From Styela clava (taxonomy: Eukaryota), in assembly GCF_964204865.1 (NCBI RefSeq), contig NC_135255.1:22196001-22260000 (forward strand): DNA of 64,000 bases, in the 5' to 3' direction. The number at the start of each line of letters is the position of its first letter. Position 1 is the stretch's first letter. Positions 63,001-64,000 of this stretch are shown piece after piece. A program made the translations under genes and the position numbers. The notes beneath the pieces are model-generated. The model made no database searches. It saw only the letters and a program-made list of their open reading frames with translations, and had not been told where the DNA came from.

Positions 63001-63695
63001 GAATGCACAGATTAAGGAAAGATCACAAAGTACTAGACCAGATTAGAATCGATACATTAGAAGCAATTTCAAAGGTAGGAATAAAAAAATTTCTATGATC
63101 TATTGTGAAGTGTTAGAGTTTTATATGGCACTCAGTCATGCCCTATGCTCTGAAGGCCATGTACAACCATTCATTAATTAATATTAAACAACATGTAACT
63201 CTTGCTCAAAACACTGGAATTCTCCTGGTGACAACTGATTTGTGGTTGTGTGGTCTAATGACATCATTTCTCGCACATATTTATTTTCCATAAAATCCAT
63301 TCTCAATAAACTGCAGTGTATTCAGCTTTGCAAAGGAAATTGAAAGCATTGAAATTGAAGCATGTTACTAGTGCTTAGCACGATGTGACATTCATGCATG
63401 GTGCATTATGCACAAAAAATAACATGGAAATAGATAGAGGTTTAGTATCAGCTTTAGTTTTGTTTATCTTGATATATTTACAACAATGTTAATGTATTTT
63501 TTATAGGTAACCTCAATGCAAGATATCTGCATCAGACTGACAACACCGGGCGACAAAAATCATCCAGTAGGTGGCACAAGAGCATTATCAGAAAAAGTTC
63601 GCAGCACGAATGGCCGATTGAAGGCTTTGCTCGATGCCGTCAGATCAGATTTGAGAGATATTGAACACAAAATCAAGGCTACAAGAAGAAGAGTG
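1..63695 (+). CDS. SYNE1: Giant nesprin (SYNE1/SYNE2 pro-orthologue), partial; 53 exons, about 2,650 aa of spectrin repeats plus adaptive domain; N-terminus and KASH lie outside the window
   Basis: 53 GT-AG exons with consistent phases give 7,947 coding nt without a stop. Peptides are near-identical to vertebrate nesprin-1 as I recall it: ALQRDIEKHSSGVASVLNLCEVLLHDGDAC, LDRRWRNICSLSMERKLK, FQRQVHESLTQLELINKQYRRLARENRTD, LEWD, RKAIVLSINL. Symbol given by similarity. Confidence 0.95.
441..713 (+). mobile_element. tRNA-derived SINE, degenerate and internally deleted
   Basis: Colinear with the copy at 32341-32680; ends in an (ATCTT)n-like tail. Confidence 0.8.
788..1452 (-). mobile_element. Non-autonomous hAT (Buster/Charlie-like) deletion derivative
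   Basis: TIR CAGTGGTTCTCA...TGAGAACCACTG; perfect 8-bp TSD CTTTAAAC at 780-787 and 1453-1460. Confidence 0.92.
973..1210 (-). pseudogene. hAT transposase C-terminal dimerisation-domain fragment
   Basis: SQFWCAILPSYPKVSMEAFHVIVPFASTYLCENGFSALVYIKSKARNQL matches the FW..YP..PF.STYLCE.GFS..K..RN.L signature of Buster/Charlie/ZBED5-type transposases. Confidence 0.9.
1672..1848 (+). CDS. SYNE1: nesprin exon w2
   Basis: ALLDEINLLQSKL...YDRWDTMRMQATSKQNVIE; phase 0-0. Confidence 0.9.
2333..2737. mobile_element. hAT MITE
   Basis: TIR CAGGGTGGTCCAA/TTGGACCACCCTG; TSD CTATATAT/CTATAGAT; subterminal GGCCCG motifs. Confidence 0.88.
2817..2934 (+). CDS. SYNE1: nesprin exon w3
   Basis: IKMLEEEQYCRMVEAYKAELEQVTEWMEDAK; phase 0-1. 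Confidence 0.9.
3421..3555 (+). CDS. SYNE1: nesprin exon w4
   Basis: SASQHPPTIGSL...DVERKLRLISELT; phase 1-1. Confidence 0.85.
4062..4190 (+). CDS. SYNE1: nesprin exon w5, Ser/Pro-rich symmetric exon
   Basis: ESLPEPSALRPVPPLSSRSHQSSVYSIVVSPPSPSSSSTSSS; 129 nt, phase 1-1, canonical sites. Confidence 0.75.
5561..5685 (+). CDS. SYNE1: nesprin exon w6
   Basis: KTLSLSRGDKEGAELLEQLDSVKDGLEDLQKSAVDKGKQYQ; phase 1-0. Confidence 0.88.
6219..6305 (+). CDS. SYNE1: nesprin exon w7
   Basis: DELEAKQDEAIAQYQTEVSKMQDWLSEVK; phase 0-0. Confidence 0.85.
6706..6841 (+). CDS. SYNE1: nesprin exon w8
   Basis: SSESEQTLDKDYKKFQSDLQQHQTLLEEVVKLGR; phase 0-1. Confidence 0.88.
7366..7556 (+). CDS. SYNE1: nesprin exon w9
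   Basis: STDSKTPVERKKSWDKMVKELQDK...ATVEDIK; phase 1-0. Confidence 0.88.
7987..8094 (+). CDS. SYNE1: nesprin exon w10
   Basis: QRLQDLQDCWNEMKEQ...QNALE; phase 0-0. Confidence 0.88.
8351..8497 (+). CDS. SYNE1: nesprin exon w11
   Basis: AVSEWMDDVESHL (cf. nesprin-1 STWLDDVEERL); phase 0-0. Confidence 0.9.
8554..8834. mobile_element. hAT MITE
   Basis: TIR CAGGGGTGGGCAA/TTGCCCACTCCTG; perfect TSD GCGTAACA. Confidence 0.9.
9284..9433 (+). CDS. SYNE1: nesprin exon w12
   Basis: MSSAMAEPDFAESLKSALQSLSERLSALE...KEFQ; phase 0-0. Confidence 0.9.
9521..9750. mobile_element. hAT MITE, degenerate
   Basis: Perfect TSD ACATAGAC; decayed TIR CTGACATGGGCAA/TTGTCCACCCCTG. Confidence 0.8.
10046..10165 (+). 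mobile_element. SINE 3' fragment
   Basis: Matches the 3' third of the SINE at 32341-32680 (GACATGGA...GACGAGAGGCC...GGGATAAATATG...ATCCT). Confidence 0.78.
10346..10519 (+). CDS. SYNE1: nesprin exon w13
   Basis: ADLAFTSNEISDLL...KLKALERKAEK; phase 0-0. Confidence 0.9.
10883..11020 (+). CDS. SYNE1: nesprin exon w14
   Basis: LEFKSWGPADTEMHQVSKTFEKL...QFAQ; phase 0-0. Confidence 0.88.
11632..11742 (+). CDS. SYNE1: nesprin exon w15
   Basis: MLLDYSDALNTGQEKL (cf. ADLLETGQEKM); phase 0-0. Confidence 0.92.
11817..12269. mobile_element. Old hAT-type MITE, degenerate
   Basis: Ends GAATGGTTCTCAACC / TGTTTGGAACCTCTG resemble the CAGTGGTTCTCAACC TIR family; both flanks begin ATCTG. Confidence 0.5.
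12525..12698 (+). CDS. SYNE1: nesprin exon w16
   Basis: EYFDGLQKQRSM (cf. EYFQGLESHM); phase 0-0. Confidence 0.92.
13022..13187 (+). CDS. SYNE1: nesprin exon w17
   Basis: DWKRVSSMLQQHQ...QKKMAGLET; phase 0-1. Confidence 0.9.
13651..13813 (+). CDS. SYNE1: nesprin exon w18
   Basis: IHQAVDEADNIFLIIKCDDLKSNI...ELERLTAILE; phase 1-2. Confidence 0.92.
14276..14392 (+). CDS. SYNE1: nesprin exon w19
   Basis: SNTISTNINAWLTENSDK...; phase 2-2. Confidence 0.88.
14549..15900 (-). mobile_element. Degenerate CR1/L2-like LINE 3' portion
   Basis: Minus strand ends in AATAAA plus a (CTTATA)n tail; about 380 bp of 3' UTR is shared with 24638-25026; RT-like remnants GIYADDM (YADD at 15827-15838) and VFLDHTL (about 15420-15440). 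The upstream boundary is uncertain. Confidence 0.55.
15921..16160. repeat. Diverged direct repeat, copy 1 (copy 2 at 18121-18340)
   Basis: Shared blocks GAGAGTG.ATACAATAAGCAGA, TTATCACAGAGTTATT, TTTTCACATAGTCAT, TAGCAACCTCGTTTA. Confidence 0.8.
18121..18340. repeat. Diverged direct repeat, copy 2
   Basis: Colinear with 15921-16160. Confidence 0.8.
18488..18686 (+). CDS. SYNE1: nesprin exon w20
   Basis: AKEFQKIVQEFQK...SLPELSERLHK; phase 2-0. Confidence 0.9.
18793..18981. mobile_element. MITE with internal TTAGGG repeats
   Basis: TIR core TACATTTGAACCC/GGGTTCAAATGTA; TSD GGGCATCG on both sides; GGGTTAGGGTTAG inside. Confidence 0.82.
19400..19549 (+). CDS. SYNE1: nesprin exon w21
   Basis: AQVNLLPVQQAISQMVSWV (cf. 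LPSRHAISEVMSWI); phase 0-0. Confidence 0.93.
19722..20350 (-). mobile_element. Full-length SINE interrupted by a hAT MITE
   Basis: Reverse complement of the 32341 SINE on both sides of the insertion at 19885-20195. Confidence 0.85.
19885..20195. mobile_element. hAT MITE nested in SINE
   Basis: TIR CAAGGCTACTCAACT/AGTTGAGTAGCCCTG; perfect TSD CTGTAGCC. Confidence 0.9.
20467..20622 (+). CDS. SYNE1: nesprin exon w22
   Basis: KQVTIDFINKS...EFADKLGHMNMEWEILK (cf. KQLTVDFVNQS...DFAEQLGAMNKSWQIL); phase 0-0. Confidence 0.95.
20961..21062 (+). CDS. SYNE1: nesprin exon w23
   Basis: VDNCISQLEPELVKWTEHEKAINKIQHWIDDHLE; phase 0-0. Confidence 0.9.
21386..21515 (+). CDS. SYNE1: nesprin exon w24
   Basis: TCQQNSEPGNKSQIQRALLKLQGLE; phase 0-1. 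Confidence 0.9.
21949..22108 (+). CDS. SYNE1: nesprin exon w25
   Basis: LARLNQTWVILEHHLNQQKRNLKKAMEVWE; phase 1-2. Confidence 0.92.
22135..22331. mobile_element. Tc1/mariner-pogo type MITE
   Basis: TA flanks; imperfect TIR CCGTGTTTTCTTAAAAATAA / TTATTTTTGAGAGAAACATGA. Confidence 0.7.
22567..23004. mobile_element. Non-autonomous DNA transposon with 8-bp TSD
   Basis: TSD CAATAATC on both sides; imperfect TIRs of about 38 bp with core AAGTACTTCTAGTTG/CAACTAGAAGTACTT. Confidence 0.8.
23118..23239 (+). CDS. SYNE1: nesprin exon w26
   Basis: ...ASMEAVAAQLSKLE (cf. GSLEAVQVQVDNLQ); phase 2-1. Confidence 0.92.
23296..23470 (-). mobile_element. SINE-related fragment
   Basis: GGGGGAGAGGAAAG and GTGAACCAC motifs match the reverse complement of the SINE family. 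Confidence 0.5.
23748..23880 (+). CDS. SYNE1: nesprin exon w27
   Basis: LQHELRRHSLQQQLF...KINSLDA; phase 1-2. Confidence 0.9.
24137..24296. mobile_element. Penelope-like element remnant forming a perfect 55-bp inverted repeat
   Basis: 24137-24191 is the exact reverse complement of 24242-24296; the 50-nt spacer holds the 5' part of a hammerhead core. Confidence 0.75.
24211..24252 (+). ncRNA. Minimal type I hammerhead ribozyme (Penelope-type)
   Basis: UUGU-CUGAGGA-A-[GUCUGAC UCUG GUCGGAC]-GAAA-CG-UU/ACAG: 4-bp stem I, 7-bp stem II, palindromic AACGUU in place of stem III; predicted cut after 24248. Confidence 0.75.
24638..25026 (-). mobile_element. CR1/L2-like LINE 3' UTR fragment
   Basis: Colinear with 14549-14945 and carries the same AATAAA(CTTATA) end. 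Confidence 0.75.
25064..25256 (+). CDS. SYNE1: nesprin exon w28
   Basis: WNELSASVDELFSKYKKSLEVWSEYE; phase 2-0. Confidence 0.92.
25683..25804 (+). CDS. SYNE1: nesprin exon w29
   Basis: ELLHSCSELETSIAELSTFGDEIGQLMTSSSAVHI; phase 0-2. Confidence 0.9.
26198..26378 (+). CDS. SYNE1: nesprin exon w30
   Basis: ...LETWLNEAESAV (cf. LEAWIVEAEEIL); phase 2-0. Confidence 0.92.
27084..27253 (+). CDS. SYNE1: nesprin exon w31
   Basis: SRMEELK...LDELNSLGYQLPL...LQHLNARW; phase 0-2. Confidence 0.95.
27566..27812. mobile_element. hAT MITE
   Basis: Perfect TSD GTGTAGAG; TIR CAATGATTCCCAACC/GGTTGCAAACCGCTG. Confidence 0.85.
27909..28052 (+). CDS. SYNE1: nesprin exon w32
   Basis: FTEKCESWMLFIAQME (cf. FLEKCETWMEFLVQTE); AAG acceptor; phase 2-2. 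Confidence 0.93.
28062..28230 (-). mobile_element. SINE 3' half
   Basis: Reverse complement of the SINE 3' half including the (ATCCT) tail. Confidence 0.78.
28727..28831 (+). CDS. SYNE1: nesprin exon w33
   Basis: ELFTIEMMGRQLILQAIISDGEKLLENG; phase 2-2. Confidence 0.95.
29045..29285 (+). CDS. SYNE1: nesprin exon w34
   Basis: EFKTKLDELSSQWQMVMKRMQQRK; phase 2-0. Confidence 0.94.
29869..30038 (+). CDS. SYNE1: nesprin exon w35
   Basis: ...STLEAGKDVV...ELSSLHNDW; phase 0-2. Confidence 0.92.
30426..31138. repeat. Local tandem duplication of about 165 bp; second copy interrupted by a MITE
   Basis: TTGCTGAATACAAGTTCATTCATAT...CTCTAAATGAACAAAA...GGACATAAAATAATTCCAGA occurs twice. Confidence 0.85.
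30673..31020. mobile_element. hAT MITE
   Basis: Perfect TIR CAGGGGTTCTCAACCT; TSD CTCTGAAT/CTCTAAAT. Confidence 0.92.
31217..31408 (+). CDS. SYNE1: nesprin exon w36
   Basis: LLCRWNDCEHKITEMLGWLRDTKKVLAQS; phase 2-2. Confidence 0.93.
31597..31743 (+). CDS. SYNE1: nesprin exon w37
   Basis: ISRADIALLRQRAVLVRNQWEEL; phase 2-2. Confidence 0.94.
32215..32852. mobile_element. hAT MITE interrupted by a SINE
   Basis: Perfect TSD TTCTAGAC; ends CAGTTTTCAAA / TTAAAAAACACTG. Confidence 0.82.
32341..32680 (+). mobile_element. tRNA-derived SINE, best-preserved copy
   Basis: Pol III A box TGGCTCATTGTG, B box GGTTCGAATCC at 32422-32432, (ATCCT)n tail, CpG-rich; several homologues in the window. Confidence 0.92.
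33012..33138 (+). CDS. SYNE1: nesprin exon w38
   Basis: LGEWDDFDEKYRELCEWLNDMEEKISQN; phase 2-0. Confidence 0.96.
33577..33743 (+). CDS. SYNE1: nesprin exon w39
   Basis: EVEYKLNKLVDRWKNL (cf. EIEYKLGKVNDRWQHL); phase 0-2. Confidence 0.95.
34187..34383. mobile_element. Truncated hAT MITE of the 2333-2737 family
   Basis: Shares GGCCACATGTGGC.CGCCGCTTCATTA and right TIR TTGGACTACCCTG; left TIR missing. Confidence 0.75.
35407..35700. repeat. 88-bp minisatellite, about 3.3 units
   Basis: Units start near 35407, 35495, 35583 and 35671 (CATTCAAATGG.GATTG...CAGCCCAATAGCC). Confidence 0.9.
36732..37187 (+). pseudogene. L1/Tx1 ORF2 C-terminal fragment (zinc-knuckle region)
   Basis: CPWCLNKPETEVRLFAEC (CxxC..E..H/RLF..C) and IWQARNRKIF motifs; still open to TAA at 37185-37187. 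Confidence 0.85.
36732..38556 (+). mobile_element. 5'-truncated L1/Tx1-like non-LTR retrotransposon
   Basis: 21-bp TSD CAGGCTATAAGTCAATTTTAT at 36711-36731 and 38557-38577; AATAAA at 38547-38552; ORF2 C-terminus present. Confidence 0.88.
40823..40985 (+). CDS. SYNE1: nesprin exon w40
   Basis: SKKLKETLQAVAQLEKSMEDLRTWL...PVVY (cf. VKKLKETLVAVQQLDKNMSSLRTWL); phase 2-0. Confidence 0.96.
41158..41190 (+). mobile_element. tRNA-like 5' fragment, probably the head of a second SINE family
   Basis: GGCACGATGGCCTAGTGGTTAAGGCGTT gives an acceptor strand and D-arm with an A box; no anticodon or T arm follows. Confidence 0.5.
41211..41350. mobile_element. hAT MITE left part, 27566 family
   Basis: CAATGGTTCCC...TTTTATGA...GTGGCCCC...ATTTTGATTG.TAGATT colinear with 27566-27720. 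Confidence 0.7.
42414..42811. mobile_element. hAT-like MITE with CCCATGGGA subterminal repeats
   Basis: Ends CAGACTTTGTACATGG / CCATGGACAAGCCTG; degenerate 8-bp TSD CTTTTCCG/CTTCTGCG. Confidence 0.75.
43575..43645 (-). mobile_element. Second Penelope-like remnant with a mutated hammerhead
   Basis: Minus strand reads CTGAAAAA-GTCTGAC TGAA GTCAGAC-GAAACGTTACAGAAATA.ATTTGTG, homologous to 24215-24270. Confidence 0.75.
45959..46053. mobile_element. Short palindromic MITE (GG...CC termini)
   Basis: Internal inverted repeat AGATGGCGCACAACCTGAA; TSD ATTTTTGG. Confidence 0.82.
49923..50032. mobile_element. Short palindromic MITE, same family as 45959
   Basis: 110-bp hairpin; TSD GAAAACAA/AAAAACAA. 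Confidence 0.85.
50841..52808 (+). CDS. Large intronic coding exon (656 aa), probable alternative first exon of a short nesprin isoform
   Basis: Intact 2-kb ORF, S/D/K/N-rich; ATG at 50841 preceded by an in-frame TAG at 50805; donor AAG|GTATCA at 52808 is phase 0, matching the acceptor at 53117; no transposon motifs seen. Confidence 0.8.
53117..53304 (+). CDS. SYNE1: nesprin exon w41
   Basis: ALQRDIEKHSSGVASVLNLCEVLLHDGDAC...LDRRWRNICSLSMERKL; phase 0-2. Confidence 0.98.
53371..53583. mobile_element. MITE, inverted copy of the 60929-61125 family
   Basis: TGTACCAGGTTAG...TATTACGAGTTCGA...CCAAGTGAATAT shared in reverse orientation. Confidence 0.75.
54104..54254 (+). CDS. SYNE1: nesprin exon w42
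   Basis: IEETQRLWKKFFEDYSRFGDWLKSAER; phase 2-0. Confidence 0.97.
54488..54601 (+). CDS. SYNE1: nesprin exon w43
   Basis: SFQRQVHESLTQLELINKQYRRLARENRTDASNKLKHM; phase 0-0. Confidence 0.98.
54867..55073 (+). CDS. SYNE1: nesprin exon w44
   Basis: IHDGNSRWD...SILRRLK...LVWLTETDLRLTNVEHF; phase 0-0. Confidence 0.97.
58658..58861 (+). CDS. Candidate alternative first coding exon (68 aa)
   Basis: ACACCATG start context, open frame to donor ACG|GTGCGT, phase 0 matching the acceptor at 59415. Confidence 0.4.
59415..59606 (+). CDS. SYNE1: nesprin exon w45
   Basis: LIEKSEESDCVVVEEELSELHRYCREVIARLDRYHKRL; phase 0-0. Confidence 0.96.
60027..60114 (+). CDS. SYNE1: nesprin exon w46 (adaptive domain)
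   Basis: NEPPPLDSSLFEDTELAQMSWWENY; phase 0-1. Confidence 0.85.
60325..60436 (+). CDS. SYNE1: nesprin exon w47 (adaptive domain)
   Basis: SSRNSSPSLQSPDHDRFLATPRSQGSDRRSATSHSG; phase 1-2. Confidence 0.85.
60727..60827 (+). CDS. SYNE1: nesprin exon w48 with LEWD kinesin-light-chain motif (60743-60754)
   Basis: (SGR)ATPESLEWDLYDISQ, cf. SGRDTPASVDSIPLEWDHDYDLS; phase 2-1. Confidence 0.93.
60929..61125. mobile_element. MITE with GGCRCTCC-type termini
   Basis: Ends AGCGCTCCAGAAGTG / CACTATGGGAGTGCC; flanks TCATATTC/AAATATTC; shares TIR style and the TGTACCAGGTTA motif with 45959 and 49923. Confidence 0.78.
61375..61451 (+). CDS. SYNE1: nesprin exon w49
   Basis: ISPFETASDDIPLLHVSRDSTGTRQ; phase 1-0, needed to keep the frame. 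Confidence 0.85.
61867..62106 (+). CDS. SYNE1: nesprin exon w50
   Basis: ...SPAKKLRT...QQFMNDLIATLAWLD (cf. QQFNSDLNSIWAWLG); phase 0-0. Confidence 0.92.
62299..62484 (+). CDS. SYNE1: nesprin exon w51
   Basis: SLQASIEQRKAIVLSINL...MNNHW; phase 0-0. Confidence 0.95.
62600..62712 (+). mobile_element. SINE 3' fragment
   Basis: TGGACTGGTAAC...CTTTCCTCT...GGATAAA matches the SINE 3' end. Confidence 0.6.
62886..63074 (+). CDS. SYNE1: nesprin exon w52
   Basis: EFQSALTELSAWV...LRKDHKVLDQIRIDTLE; phase 0-0. Confidence 0.92.
63507..63695 (+). CDS. SYNE1: nesprin exon w53 (last spectrin repeat)
   Basis: VTSMQDIC...EKVRSTNGRLKALL (cf. VASLQDMS...EKVHVIGNRLKLLL); phase 0-0. Confidence 0.93.
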
Positions 63696-64000
63696 GTGAG
63701 ATCTTAGTTTTAACGACTTTAAATCATGCATGGCTGTTTTGGTTAACAGTTTGCAAAAAGATGTTGGCCAATTGGTTGAGCCATGTTCACATTATTGTCT
63801 GCCTTGAACATTAATCAACACAAGCGAGCGATGCTTAGATATATATATATATATCACCACATGGTGGCGTATATTTTAAAATTCAGATAAAAAAATGCTC
63901 TGGGGAGCCCAGAAAGATGGTAGAAAAAATGAAAACTTGTCTCAAGTGACTTGTCCGGTAGTTGAAGATTAAAGTGACAGCATGAAAATAATTTAAATAT

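Noticed and set aside
63696-64000. KASH domain exon
   Set aside because: No transmembrane segment or PPPX terminus is visible; it must lie beyond the window if present.

Overview
Eukaryotic, AT-rich genomic DNA. It is most likely from an invertebrate chordate such as an ascidian; this is inferred from the chordate-like nesprin sequence, the short introns and the repeat types. The whole window lies inside one + strand gene, the C-terminal third of a giant nesprin (SYNE1/SYNE2 pro-orthologue). I traced 53 GT-AG exons from 1 to 63695 whose phases join into one open frame of about 2,650 aa of spectrin repeats, including the adaptive domain with the LEWD kinesin-light-chain motif. The CH domains and the KASH domain lie outside the window. 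Three unusually long introns (33.7-40.8, 41.0-53.1 and 55.1-59.4 kb) sit in a CpG-retaining domain. They hold candidate alternative first exons, most notably an intact 656-codon disordered ORF that ends at an in-frame splice donor just upstream of the ALQRDIEK exon. The introns also carry hAT MITEs with 8-bp TSDs, a tRNA-derived SINE family, a 5'-truncated L1/Tx1-like LINE with a 21-bp TSD, CR1/L2-like tails, an 88-bp minisatellite, and a Penelope-like remnant. That remnant has a minimal hammerhead ribozyme locked inside a perfect 55-bp inverted repeat. All calls were made by eye; no database search was run.
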